A DNA stretch of 64,000 bases, taken from NCBI GenBank assembly GCA_965200245.1, contig CBDATS010000002.1:160001-224000 (forward strand), in the 5' to 3' direction. This stretch comes from a bacterium. GTDB taxonomy: Bacteria > UBA8248. Every line of letters starts with the position of its first letter. The first letter of the stretch is position 1. Positions 21,530-31,530 of the stretch are shown in pieces. The notes beneath the pieces are model-generated. The model searched no databases. It worked only from the letters and a program-made list of their open reading frames with translations, and was not told the origin of the DNA. The translations under genes were made by a program, and so were the position numbers.

Positions 21530-22298
21530 TGGAAGTTCCCAGATAGGCTTCCAGCACCTTGGGGTCGCACCGGACCTCGGCGGGGGTTCCGTCCGCAATC
21601 TTCTCTCCGTGGTCGAGGACAACCACGCGATCCGAGATGCCCATCACCACCTTCATGTCGTGTTCGATCAGCAAGATGGTGGCGCCGCGATCGCGAATCG
21701 CCAGAATCAACTCGTTCAGCACGCCCTTCTCTCTCGGATTCATGCCTGCGGCAGGTTCGTCAAGTAACAGGAGGCTGGGTTCGCTCGCCAGCGCGCGGGC
21801 GATCTCAAGCCTTCTCTTGTCGCCGTAGGAGAGCGCTTCCGCCATGTTCGAGGCATGGGCGTCGATGCCCGTGAACGAGAGCAGTTCCATGGCCTCGGCC
21901 ACTGCCCGGCGTTCTTCGGCCACCATGCCGGGGAGCCTGAAGATTGCGCCAATCGGGCCCGTTCGCATCTTGCAATGGCGTCCCACCAAGACGTTTTCGA
22001 GCACCGTCATTCCCCGGAAGAGGCGAATGTTCTGGAAAGTGCGCGCGATACCCAAGTCCGCCACGGCGCTGGGCTTCAGACCCACGAGATTTTTTCCCTT
22101 GAACACGACTTCACCCCCGGTGGGTGCGTAGAGGCCGGTCATTACGTTGAAGGCCGTCGTCTTGCCCGCGCCGTTCGGGCCGATCAGACCCAACACCTCG
22201 CCCTCGTAAACGTTCAGGTCCAGAGAATTCAGCGCCAACACGCCGCCGAAGCGCCGCGAGAGCCTCTTGAGCAGCAAGAGCCGTGTTCTTGCGTTCAT
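21522..22298 (-). CDS. livG: Branched-chain amino acid ABC transporter ATP-binding protein
   Basis: GPNGAGKT, RTFQNIRLF, LSYGDKRRLEIARAL, DEPAAGMN, IEHDM. Confidence 0.93.
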   Translation of the reverse strand: MNARTRLLLLKRLSRRFGGVLALNSLDLNVYEGEVLGLIGPNGAGKTTAFNVMTGLYAPTGGEVVFKGKNLVGLKPSAVADLGIARTFQNIRLFRGMTVLENVLVGRHCKMRTGPIGAIFRLPGMVAEERRAVAEAMELLSFTGIDAHASNMAEALSYGDKRRLEIARALASEPSLLLLDEPAAGMNPREKGVLNELILAIRDRGATILLIEHDMKVVMGISDRVVVLDHGEKIADGTPAEVRCDPKVLEAYLGTSNA

Positions 22299-23476
22299 CG
22301 CCCCGCACTCGCCCCTTTTTGCAGTTCATCGTGTTCGAGATGATGGCGTTGTCCCTTGACCTGCAAGAGCCCCTGAGGCCGAAGCACCATCATGAGCACC
22401 ATGGCACCGCCGAGCAGCATGGGCCGAAAAAGCGTGAGTTCGCGCAGCACCTCGGGCAGCACCGTGAGAATGAACGCTCCGAGCATCACGCCGGGAATGC
22501 TTGCCATGCCGCCCAGCACCACCATGCACAAGATGATGACGGATTCAAAAAAAGTGAAACTCTCCGGTGAGATAAAAGTCTGTTTCGCGGAGAAGACAAC
22601 GCCCCCGACCCCCGCCCATGCGGCTCCGAAGGCGAAGGCGGAGAGCTTCGTGTAGACGATATTGACGCCCACACACTCGGCCACTGTCTCATCCTCACGC
22701 ATGGCCGCCCAGGCGCGGCCCAGGCGGCTCTTGTCGAGCCGGTTCACGATGAAGACAGTGATGATGCACAAGATGAGAACGAGATAATAGAAGTGCATGG
22801 GTTTATAGAGCCGCATATCGCCAAGGTAGGGGCGTCCGATGCCCAGGATGCCGTTCGGGCCCTGGGTTACGCTGTCCCAGTTGTTGAGAACCAGGCGGAT
22901 GATCTCGCCGAAGCCGAGCGTCACGATGGCGAGGTAATCACCCCTGAGCCTCAGTACGGGAATGCCCAGAATGATACCGAAAAGTGCGGAACAGGCTACG
23001 CCTACCCCCAGCGCCGGCCAGAAGGAAAGCCCGTACCAACTGTTCAAAAGAGCATAGGAATATGCACCCACGGCATAGAAAGCGACGTAGCCCAAATCCA
23101 GCAAACCCGCGAAGCCGACCACCACGTTCAGCCCCAGGGCGAGCATGATGTAGATACCCGTGATGACGAGCACGTCAGTGGAATATCTATCGAGCATCCA
23201 GGGCAGCGCGATGATGAAGATCAGGAACAGACTCATGTAACGCTTGTCGCAGGATTTCTCCTCGATAAATCTCCAGGCGGACGCGAAACCGGTCTGGATG
23301 CGCCTCGCAGGCCCCGCCAAGGAACCTGATTGCACGCTCGCCCGTGTCGCGCTCACCACAGAGACGACCGCGGCGCAGCCCAATCCAATCCAAAGGCTGT
23401 TTTTCCACCCTGCCAAGGGTAACGCCAAAAAGGCGAACCAAAGCCCGATGAGCGGGACTCTCGCGAATGCGCTCAT
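22295..23476 (-). CDS. livM: Branched-chain amino acid ABC transporter permease
   Basis: GLLDLGYVAFYAVGAY, LRGDYLAIVTLGFGEI. Confidence 0.93.
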   Translation of the reverse strand: MSAFARVPLIGLWFAFLALPLAGWKNSLWIGLGCAAVVSVVSATRASVQSGSLAGPARRIQTGFASAWRFIEEKSCDKRYMSLFLIFIIALPWMLDRYSTDVLVITGIYIMLALGLNVVVGFAGLLDLGYVAFYAVGAYSYALLNSWYGLSFWPALGVGVACSALFGIILGIPVLRLRGDYLAIVTLGFGEIIRLVLNNWDSVTQGPNGILGIGRPYLGDMRLYKPMHFYYLVLILCIITVFIVNRLDKSRLGRAWAAMREDETVAECVGVNIVYTKLSAFAFGAAWAGVGGVVFSAKQTFISPESFTFFESVIILCMVVLGGMASIPGVMLGAFILTVLPEVLRELTLFRPMLLGGAMVLMMVLRPQGLLQVKGQRHHLEHDELQKGASAGR

Positions 23477-24378
23477 GATCTGTCCGTCCCGCCGGAACCG
23501 CCCAGGATACCCTCGGGCCGGAAGATGAGGACGACGACCAGCACCATGAACGCAAAGACGTCCTTATAGACCGCCGAGACGTAGCCTGCCCAGAAACTCT
23601 CAAGCAGCGCAAGCAGAAAACCGCCAAGAAGCGCCCCCGCCACGCTGCCAATGCCCCCCAGCACGGCGGCGGTGAACGCCTTGATGCCCGCCACGAAGCC
23701 GATGTAGTGGTTCACGATTCCGTAGTACATCCCCACCATCACGCCGGCCACAGCGGCCAGGACGGAACCGATGGCGAAGGTGACCGCTATCACCCGGTTC
23801 ACGTTCACGCCGACGAGCGAGGCCATCGTCCTGTCCTGGGCGGTGGCGCGCATGGCCTTGCCGAGCTTCGTCTTCTTGATAAAGAGTTGGAGCGCCGTCA
23901 TGAGTGCGAGCGCCAGGATGAGGATGAAAATCTGGAGGCCGTTCACGTAGGCGCCAAAAAGCTGGAAACTCCCGAGTTCCAGCAGGTTGGGAAACGCCTT
24001 GTCACGCGCACCCTGGACGACCTGCACATAGTTCTGAAGAAAGAGGCTCATGCCAATCGCGCTGATGAGCGGGGAGAGCCTCGGCGCGTTGCGCAGCGGG
24101 CGGTAGGCCACGCGTTCAAGCGTGATACCGTATGCGGCGCAGCAAATCATCGGGATCAGGAAGGTGAGGACGATGCTCAGCGCGAGGCTTGTCTGCGTAA
24201 GGCCCATCGTCCCCAGGACCGTCAGAACGGCGATGCCTACGTATGCACCTATCATGTATATCTCGCCGTGGGCGAAATTGATGAGCTGCAGGATGCCGTA
24301 GACGAGCGTGTAACCCAAGGCGATCAGAGCGTATACCGCCCCTACGACGAGGCCGTTTACCAACTGTTGCGCAAACAT
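23473..24378 (-). CDS. livH: Branched-chain amino acid ABC transporter permease
   Basis: YALIALGYTLVYG, INFAHGE, KAFTAAVLGGIG. Confidence 0.93.
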   Translation of the reverse strand: MFAQQLVNGLVVGAVYALIALGYTLVYGILQLINFAHGEIYMIGAYVGIAVLTVLGTMGLTQTSLALSIVLTFLIPMICCAAYGITLERVAYRPLRNAPRLSPLISAIGMSLFLQNYVQVVQGARDKAFPNLLELGSFQLFGAYVNGLQIFILILALALMTALQLFIKKTKLGKAMRATAQDRTMASLVGVNVNRVIAVTFAIGSVLAAVAGVMVGMYYGIVNHYIGFVAGIKAFTAAVLGGIGSVAGALLGGFLLALLESFWAGYVSAVYKDVFAFMVLVVVLIFRPEGILGGSGGTDRS

Positions 24379-24658
24379 GGAGAAATCTTTACATGGTTAT
24401 GAGGCAAAAAGAAAATCATTTCTTGCGCACCCGGACACTGCATCGTTTTGATTGGGGCGGCTGTCTTTGGGGGAAATATTGCAGCCTTTGGATGAAGCCG
24501 GAGCATTTCATTACTGCACACAGCCAGTGGAGGTTGGCCTGTTGACCTGCAGCCAAGGGAATGCCCCGAACCGAGTTCAAGGCCATTGGATTTCACGAGA
24601 TACCCGGCTTTTTTCGAATTCTGCGCGCAACGACAACATTGCAACCCTGTACTCATGA

Positions 24659-24684
24659 GAAGGGGAGGCTTTCGCCTCCCCTCC
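24659..24684 (-). terminator. GC-rich hairpin after livK (mRNA-stabilising or partial terminator)
   Basis: Minus strand AGGGGAGGC-GAAA-GCCTCCCCT with a weak U-tail, between the binding-protein and permease genes. Confidence 0.55.
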
Positions 24685-24709
24685 CGTGATACAGATGGCG
24701 ACGCAGGCC

Positions 24710-25834
24710 CTATTTTATCTCTACGAATTTCGCCCCCTTCACCTGCCAGAGCACGTAGGGACTCTCCAGGACGTCTCCTTTCTTGTTGAACTGGAATTTG
24801 CCCAGAGAGGTGTTCCAGGCCTTGCTGCGCAGATGGGCGGCCAGCCTAGACCCCTTGGTGCTGCCCGTGGCCTGGATGGAACCCAGAATCAGGTTGGTGG
24901 CCACGTAGCTGTAGATGGTGTAGGCACCCACTTCCTTGCCGAAGCGCTTGCGGTGTTTCTTGATGATGTTCTGGGCCGTTGCGAGCTTCGTCTGATCCGG
25001 CGTGAACGTCATATAAGTGCCTTCGGCGGATTTTCCAGCGATCTTGTAGTACTCGTCCGTGACGATGCCGTCGCCGCTCATGAATTGCGCCTTCATGCCC
25101 AGGCGTTCGCGCATCTGTTTCACCAGAAGTATGGCTTCGGGGTGAATGCCGCCGAAATAGACGAGTTCGGGCTTCGTCTGCTTGGCGGCCGTGAGCACGG
25201 GCGTGTAGTCCTTGTCGCCCTGCACGACACCGCTGTAGAAGACAGGCTTGGCACCTCTTTTCTCAAGGAATCGCTTCGTCTCATCGGCGAGACCCTGGCC
25301 GTAGGTGGTCTTGTCGTGGAGGATCGCTATACGCTTGAGCTTCAGCTTGTCCACAATGTAGTTTGCCGCCACTTCTCCTTGCTGATCGTCTCGTCCGCAG
25401 ACTCTGAAGACCGTAGAGAAACCCTGCTCGGTTAGCTTGGGGTTCGTGGAAGCCGGCGTGATCTGGACGATGCCCGCTTCCGCATACACTGTGGACGCCG
25501 GAATAGAAACCGAACTGTTGAAATGGCCGACGATGCCTGCGGCACCCGAGTTCACGAACTTGTGCGCAATCGACACCCCTTCTCTGGGGTCGTGTCGGTC
25601 GTCGCCCCAAAGGATGTCCACTTTCATCTTCTTGCCGCCGACTTTCACGCCGCCCTTGGCATTCCACTCTTCAACGGCGAGCGTGGCGCCGTTTTTCAGC
25701 ATTTCGCCGAATACGGCCTGATCACCGGTGAGTGGACCAGCCACACCGATCTTGAGCATCGCAGCATGCGCGGCCGTACTCAGGAATACGGCAGTCGTGA
25801 GAATGGTCAGGATGGAAAGCAGCTTCTTGCACAT
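24710..25834 (-). CDS. livK: Branched-chain amino acid ABC transporter substrate-binding protein
   Basis: Signal peptide ending AHA; [42 protein letters not shown]. Start ATG 25834. Confidence 0.9.
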   Translation of the reverse strand: MCKKLLSILTILTTAVFLSTAAHAAMLKIGVAGPLTGDQAVFGEMLKNGATLAVEEWNAKGGVKVGGKKMKVDILWGDDRHDPREGVSIAHKFVNSGAAGIVGHFNSSVSIPASTVYAEAGIVQITPASTNPKLTEQGFSTVFRVCGRDDQQGEVAANYIVDKLKLKRIAILHDKTTYGQGLADETKRFLEKRGAKPVFYSGVVQGDKDYTPVLTAAKQTKPELVYFGGIHPEAILLVKQMRERLGMKAQFMSGDGIVTDEYYKIAGKSAEGTYMTFTPDQTKLATAQNIIKKHRKRFGKEVGAYTIYSYVATNLILGSIQATGSTKGSRLAAHLRSKAWNTSLGKFQFNKKGDVLESPYVLWQVKGAKFVEIK

Positions 25835-26019
25835 GGATGAATCTCCTTCAGGCATTGGATGAGACAGAATCAAAGATAACATACGCGCCACAAGAGAACT
25901 TTCCGCATCCTCCGGTGACGCCTCTCGCTGCAGTCGTGGTTATACCGGAAATCGCGAATTCCGATCCAGCCAATGACAGGCCGGGAACAATTGTCTTTCA
26001 GGATTTTCTCTTCGTCGTG

Positions 26020-26586
26020 TCAGGCTGTCCGCACGCGCTCGATGTATTCCCCCGTTCGCGTGTCGATCTTGAGCACGTCGCCCTCGTTCAGGAACAGGGG
26101 GACGGTGACTACCGCACCCGTCTCGAGTTCTGCCTGCTTGGTTGCGCCCGTCGCCGTATCGCCCCGTACGCCGGGTTCGGTCTTCTTGATGGCCAGTTCG
26201 ACGAATGTGGGCATTTCGACGGATATCGCGTCACCCCTGTAGAAGAGGATGTCGATGATGGTCTCCTCACGCAGGAGTTTCACGCTGTCTCCAAGCTTTT
26301 CCTCACCCAGACCGATCTGGTCATACGTTTGCGTGTCCATGAAGTAGAAGACATCGCCGTCGCGGTAGAGGTACTGCATCTGTTTCTGTTCAACCCCGGG
26401 GTCGCCGACGGATTCACCCGAACGGAATGTCTTTTCCAGAACGCGGCCCGTCCTCAAGTTCTTGAGTTTCGTGCGCACGAAGGCCCCGCCCTTGCCAGGT
26501 TTTACGTGCTGGAACTCAACGATGATGAACGGATCGTTCTCGAGTTCAATCTTCAGTCCGTTGCGAAAATCACTTGTCGAGGGCAT
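26020..26586 (-). CDS. efp: Elongation factor P
   Basis: [32 protein letters not shown]. Start ATG 26586 after AGGAGG. Confidence 0.98.
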   Translation of the reverse strand: MPSTSDFRNGLKIELENDPFIIVEFQHVKPGKGGAFVRTKLKNLRTGRVLEKTFRSGESVGDPGVEQKQMQYLYRDGDVFYFMDTQTYDQIGLGEEKLGDSVKLLREETIIDILFYRGDAISVEMPTFVELAIKKTEPGVRGDTATGATKQAELETGAVVTVPLFLNEGDVLKIDTRTGEYIERVRTA

Positions 26587-26618
26587 CTGTCCGAAAAACC
26601 TCCTGATGATAAAAAAAA

Positions 26619-27689
26619 CTACAATACGACGAGTTCTTTCGTGATCGAGCGGGTGAGTATCTCTCTGCCCCGCTCGGTGACAAGAACCATATCCTCGATT
26701 CTCACGCCACCCCAGCGGGGCAGATATATGCCGGGTTCCACCGTGACCACCATGCCGGGCCTGAGTTCCTCCTTGACACCGGGGCCGAGCCTGGGCGCTT
26801 CGTGGATGTCGAGCCCTACGCCGTGGCCCGTTCCGTGACCAAAGGACTCTCCGTAGCCGTGCGCCTTTATAACGTCGCGCGCCGCCTTGTCCACCTCGCC
26901 ACACGAAACGCCCGGCTTCACGGCTTCGAGCGCCGTTACCTGAGCTTCCAGAACGATGCTATATATCTTCTCGCCTCTGGGCGAGGGTTTCCCGAGTGAG
27001 AACACCCGCGTCGTATCTGCATGGTATCCCGACACCCTGGCCCCGAAATCAATGGTGATGAGATCTCCTTTTCTGAGTTTTCTCGACGAGGCTACCCCGT
27101 GCGGCAGCGCCGAGCGCGGCCCCGAGGCGACGATGGTGTCGAAAGAGGTGCCCGAGGCTCCCCTTCTCCGCATGGCGGTCTCGAGATCGAGCGCAATTTC
27201 TGATTCGGCGCGCCCAGGGCAAATCGAGGCAGCGATCTCGTCCAATGCCTGCGCGTTCACCCGCACACCGCTTTTCAGTTTTCGAATCTCGCCCGAATCC
27301 TTGCAAAGCCGCAAAGCTTCCACGAGGCCCGAGACGGGCTTGAGCCGCACGCCCTTGATGAGTTTTCGTAACTGCCGATACGCCCCGTGAACGAGGTGTG
27401 CTTCTTCAAAGGCGAGCGTCTTCGCCCTCGTTTTCTTGAGTTCCATCGCTATTCCCGAAAGCGGGGAAGCGTGCTCGATGCGGCGAAAATCGGATGGGAC
27501 CTCCCTCGACGCCTGTGAACGGTAGCGAAAATCCGTGATAAAGACAGCGTTTCTCGGGGTGATCAGGCACGCACCCGCAGAACCCGTAAACCCGGTGAGA
27601 TAATGGACGTTCTTCCTGTTCGTCACGGCGAGAGCAGGGATACCTTCGCGCCGCATCGCCTTTCGCAAGGCACTCAGACGCTGTTTCAT
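26619..27689 (-). CDS. Xaa-Pro aminopeptidase/dipeptidase (M24B)
   Basis: [41 protein letters not shown]; aroQ-pepQ-efp context. Confidence 0.93.
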   Translation of the reverse strand: MKQRLSALRKAMRREGIPALAVTNRKNVHYLTGFTGSAGACLITPRNAVFITDFRYRSQASREVPSDFRRIEHASPLSGIAMELKKTRAKTLAFEEAHLVHGAYRQLRKLIKGVRLKPVSGLVEALRLCKDSGEIRKLKSGVRVNAQALDEIAASICPGRAESEIALDLETAMRRRGASGTSFDTIVASGPRSALPHGVASSRKLRKGDLITIDFGARVSGYHADTTRVFSLGKPSPRGEKIYSIVLEAQVTALEAVKPGVSCGEVDKAARDVIKAHGYGESFGHGTGHGVGLDIHEAPRLGPGVKEELRPGMVVTVEPGIYLPRWGGVRIEDMVLVTERGREILTRSITKELVVL

Positions 27690-28183
27690 TCTCGTTCTAC
27701 CGGAAACGTCAGCCCTTTGTCGCAAAAATCGATGGCCGCGCGCAGGGCCAGGGCATAGCCCGCCAAGCCGAATCCGATAATGCTTCCCGCCGCTACCGGC
27801 CCGATCATCGAGCGATGCCGGAAACCCTCGCGCTTCATGATGTTTGAGATGTGGACCTCGTAGACGGGCAAATCCAGGCCGCCTATTGCGTCTCTAAGCG
27901 CGACGCTGGTGTGGGTGTATCCCCCCGGATTGAAGATACAAGCCGCGCATTCGCCCAGGGGAGCCGCTACCTTCAAGGGCCGCTTCACACCTGCCGCGCA
28001 TTGCAAGGCGTCTACAAGTTCTCCCTCGACATTGGATTGAAAGCACACAAGTTCCGCCCCCTCGTCCGCAGCCATTCGGCAAAGGGCCGACTCCAGTTCG
28101 GCCAGCGTCGTCTTGCCGTACACATCGGGTTCACGCATACCCAGCAGATTGAGGTTCGGACCGTTCAAAAGCAGTATTCTCAT
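27686..28183 (-). CDS. aroQ: Type II 3-dehydroquinate dehydratase
   Basis: NGPNLNLLG.REP..YG, QSNVEG, NPGGYTHTSVALRDA, EVHISN. Start ATG 28183. Confidence 0.96.
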   Translation of the reverse strand: MRILLLNGPNLNLLGMREPDVYGKTTLAELESALCRMAADEGAELVCFQSNVEGELVDALQCAAGVKRPLKVAAPLGECAACIFNPGGYTHTSVALRDAIGGLDLPVYEVHISNIMKREGFRHRSMIGPVAAGSIIGFGLAGYALALRAAIDFCDKGLTFPVERE

Positions 28184-28237
28184 GGACTCACACCAGGAAG
28201 ATGAAACTTTATACATTCCCATGATATCCGGCGAGCC

Positions 28238-28266
28238 ATAGTAGAAAACGCGGGCGCGGGCGTCAA
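28238..28266 (-). promoter_or_regulatory. Sigma70-type promoter for aroQ-pepQ-efp
   Basis: Minus strand TTGACG-N17-TACTAT. Confidence 0.65.
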
Positions 28267-28285
28267 CGAAAAACGCCGCGACGCT

Positions 28286-29371
28286 TCAGACACCGCCGAG
28301 CGCGTCCCGCCACAAGCGGGACGGGACCTCGACGCCCGGCTCCACCTCGCCGATTTTGCGCATCAGGACAAACCGAGGGCTGCCCTGGTAGGTCTTCTTG
28401 TCGCTGGCAAGGAGTCTCTCAAGGGCAGTGAGCCCGGGCGGATCCTCCATGCGTGTGGGCAGTCCGAAGCGCGCGAGCAAGGCGGTGAGCCTGTCCACGT
28501 CCCCGGGCCTGCAGAAGCCCATGGCGCAGGAAATCCGGCTCGCGGCGGACATGCCGATGGCGACAGCTTCTCCATGGAGCAGTTCTGCGGAATAGCCCGC
28601 CAGCGCCTCCACCGCGTGGCCGAGCGTGTGGCCGAAGTTGAGTATCTGCCTCATATCCGATTCGCGCTCGTCCTGCTCAACGACTCTTGCCTTGATCCGG
28701 CAGTTCGTGGCGACGATGCGCCCCATTATATCCACCTCGCGCTCGTTGATCAGCGCCTCGTTTTTCTCCAGAAAGGTGAACATACGGGCGTCTGCAATGG
28801 CCGCGTGCTTCACCACCTCGGCCATCCCGGCCCTGAATTCCCGCTCGGGCAGCGTTTTGAGCGCAGAAGTGTCGCTCACCACCGCAACGGGCTGGTGGAA
28901 CGCGCCCACGAGGTTTTTCCCAAATCTGTGATCGATAGCCGTCTTGCCGCCCACCGCGCTGTCCACTTGGGCGAGAAGTGTGGTGGGAGCCTGGGCGTAG
29001 GAGATGCCCCTCAAGAAGACGGCCGCAGCAAAACCGGCGATATCACCCACGACACCACCGCCCAGGGCCACGGCGCCACAGCCTCGGTCCAGCCGCATGG
29101 AAGCCATTCGGTCCAGGATTCTCGACAGCTGGCGCATCGATTTGCTCGCCTCGCCCGCGGGGATACGAATCACGGAAGCCTGAACGTCGGCCGCAGCGAG
29201 CGAATCGAGCACATTCTCGGCGTATAGCGGTTCCACGTTCGAATCCGTCACTACGAGCGCCCGTGCGCTTCTGAAATGACGCAGGCATACCCTCCCGATA
29301 CCCTCGAGCGCGTCCACGCCGATACGAATCGCGTAGGAGCGTTCCCCCAGATGTACACGGACGTTCCTCAT
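28286..29371 (-). CDS. aroB: 3-dehydroquinate synthase
   Basis: GGGVVGDIAGFAAA, PTTLLAQVDSAVGGKT, LNFGHTLGHAVE, LHGEAV, DKK. Confidence 0.97.
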   Translation of the reverse strand: MRNVRVHLGERSYAIRIGVDALEGIGRVCLRHFRSARALVVTDSNVEPLYAENVLDSLAAADVQASVIRIPAGEASKSMRQLSRILDRMASMRLDRGCGAVALGGGVVGDIAGFAAAVFLRGISYAQAPTTLLAQVDSAVGGKTAIDHRFGKNLVGAFHQPVAVVSDTSALKTLPEREFRAGMAEVVKHAAIADARMFTFLEKNEALINEREVDIMGRIVATNCRIKARVVEQDERESDMRQILNFGHTLGHAVEALAGYSAELLHGEAVAIGMSAASRISCAMGFCRPGDVDRLTALLARFGLPTRMEDPPGLTALERLLASDKKTYQGSPRFVLMRKIGEVEPGVEVPSRLWRDALGGV

Positions 29372-30417
29372 GTGGATTCCAGGGCACGATACGCCAGCCC
29401 CGCGCCGATGGCGGCGACGGGAGCGAGAGATGCTACAAGGCCCGAATCGAACCCTTCTTCTGGCGTCTCGACGTGGCGGAAGGGATCCAGAATTTCCACT
29501 GGCGCATCAAGCACTTCCTCTAGACACTCCGGCAGGCCCTCAAGCAGTGTGCCCCCGCCTGACAGGAGCACACGCTCCACCTCGGGCGCGGGCACAACGG
29601 GCCACATCACCTTGAACGTTCTGTCAAGCTCAGAAACCAATTTTCGCGCCTCCACGCGGAAAACTTCTTCCACCTCGTCCGTCCTGTCGGCAGACGTCTC
29701 CCCGCGTTTCACGGCCTCCGCTTCCTCGCGGGAAAGTGCCAGACGATTCGAGAGCGATTTTGTCAACTCCTCCCCGCCGAACGGAACCGCTCTCGTGATC
29801 AGCGTATGCTCGTCGCACACCACGCTCACCAGTGTCTCGGACGCGCCGATATCCACCAAGGCTGTGATCTCTCCTTCTGCGCGCATTCCCGAAAGGTCGA
29901 AGGCACTTTCCAGCGCCAGAAAATTCACGTCCACAATCACGGGTTCACAGCGGACCCGCTTCAGAAATGTCAGCAGCGCATCGAGCGGCTCGCGCTTGAC
30001 GGCGATCATGAGGTACTCATCCACCCGCTCGGACCGTTTTTCCATTTGGCCAATCTTGAGATGGGACAGGCGCACCTCCTCCAGGGGAAAGGGCAGCACC
30101 TGCATCGCTTCGGCTTCTAGGGCGTCAACGACGGGGAAGTCCTCTTCCGCCGGGAGCAGCACCGTACGCACCATGGCCGACCGGCCCGAAAGCGCGACGA
30201 CAACCCGTCTTCCTTCCTCACCGGCGGGGAGCAATTCCGAAAGTGCGCGCTCGACCTCGTCCGGGTCGTGAACGAAGCCGCCTCCCACGGCACCCGGTGC
30301 CAGAGGAACCGCATCCAGGTGGGTGAGGACGAGGCGCTCGTCCTTCATTTCGAGTTTCACCGCCTTGACGGCGGAACTCCCGATATCGATGGCCAGGGGC
30401 ATGGAGTCGTCGGACAC
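29368..30417 (-). CDS. pilM: Type IV pilus assembly protein PilM (FtsA/actin fold)
   Basis: IDIGSSAVK, VDIGAS, GGEELT, LLSGGG, C-terminal AGLAYR. Confidence 0.88.
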   Translation of the reverse strand: MSDDSMPLAIDIGSSAVKAVKLEMKDERLVLTHLDAVPLAPGAVGGGFVHDPDEVERALSELLPAGEEGRRVVVALSGRSAMVRTVLLPAEEDFPVVDALEAEAMQVLPFPLEEVRLSHLKIGQMEKRSERVDEYLMIAVKREPLDALLTFLKRVRCEPVIVDVNFLALESAFDLSGMRAEGEITALVDIGASETLVSVVCDEHTLITRAVPFGGEELTKSLSNRLALSREEAEAVKRGETSADRTDEVEEVFRVEARKLVSELDRTFKVMWPVVPAPEVERVLLSGGGTLLEGLPECLEEVLDAPVEILDPFRHVETPEEGFDSGLVASLAPVAAIGAGLAYRALEST

Positions 30418-30441
30418 GAAATCTCTACCGGGCTAAAAATC

Positions 30442-31431
30442 TCAAAACAATCGAATGGGCGTCAAGGTAAACGTACATATCAGGATAATTATACACGCAA
30501 ATCCCCAAAACCGCCTATTGCGCGTGAGTGGTTCCCACTCATCCATGAGATGCGGATGGCGCCTTCCCAGAACGAGCACCATCACGCTCCAGAGAATCCA
30601 GCCAGGCCACCAGTATCCCATCACAAGAAGAACGAGGCTGATGGCGACGGATATCTTCGCGTGCCACCTGCCGACAAGCGTGTATATGACGTGACCGCCG
30701 TCGAGTTGTCCGGCGGGTATGAGGTTGAGCGACGTCACCAGCAATCCGCACCAGCCCGCAAAGGCCACCGGATGGAGAACGATGTTCTGACCCTCCGGAA
30801 CCGGACCATGCGCCAGCCAGGCGAGGCCGTCGAACAAAAGGGGAGTGCCCAACTCAATGCCGGGCGAGCTACCGCCGGGCGCAAGCCGCGACATCATCAG
30901 GCCGATGAACAGGGCCGGAATAGCTGCTGCCAGACCGGCCAAGGGCCCCGCCACGGCCATGTCCATGAGCGCGTTTCGGTTCAAAATGCCGCCGCGTATA
31001 CGGATGACCGCGCCGAATGTCCCCAGAAGAGAGGGCGCGGGCAGAAAGTAGGGAAGCGAGGCGTCCATCCCCTATTTTCGGCTCGCGACGTAATGCCCCA
31101 TCTCGTGCGCACCGAGAATCAGTAACAGCGTGAGCGAATAGGGCAGCCCGACCAGCAGGGCCAATGGTTGCGAGAAGAGAGCGTCTGGCGCGACGCCGCG
31201 CTGAAATGCGCCCGCCAGCAAGGTGCAAAGCGCGGTCAATACGAACATCAACACGGGGACGACAACCTCTTTCCAAACGCTGTTTCGCCTCGGGGTTCTC
31301 ACTTCGCACGGACCGGCGGGGCGTTCGTCCAGTGAAAGGGAAAAGGCTTCCGGGCACAAATCCCGAGCGTCCGGCAGATCATCCCATTTCCGATCTTCGT
31401 TCAAGGCAGGTCGTGTGGAGAAATCGCGCAT
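30442..31431 (-). pseudogene. Site-2 protease (peptidase M50) interrupted by one in-frame TAG at 31072-31074
   Basis: ORFs 31072..31431 (HEMGH) and 30442..31068 (LPYFLP, GTFGA, AGPLAG, LNLIPAGQLDGGH) share a frame: ...CGA AAA TAG GGG ATG GAC... Confidence 0.85.
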
Positions 31432-31468
31432 CCCGGAAATCTACCCAATCCCATCAATTTATGCACCC

Positions 31469-31497
31469 TTGACACTTCATGTCTCAATTCCTACTCT
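31469..31497 (+). promoter_or_regulatory. Sigma70-type promoter for the LpoA-like gene
   Basis: TTGACA-N17-TACTCT. Confidence 0.6.
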
Positions 31498-31530
31498 CGA
31501 TTCTGACAAAAGTTTGCCTGCGAGAAAAAA

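Noticed and set aside
25874-25890. Sigma54-like TGGCGC upstream of livK
   Set aside because: It lacks the invariant GC at -12.
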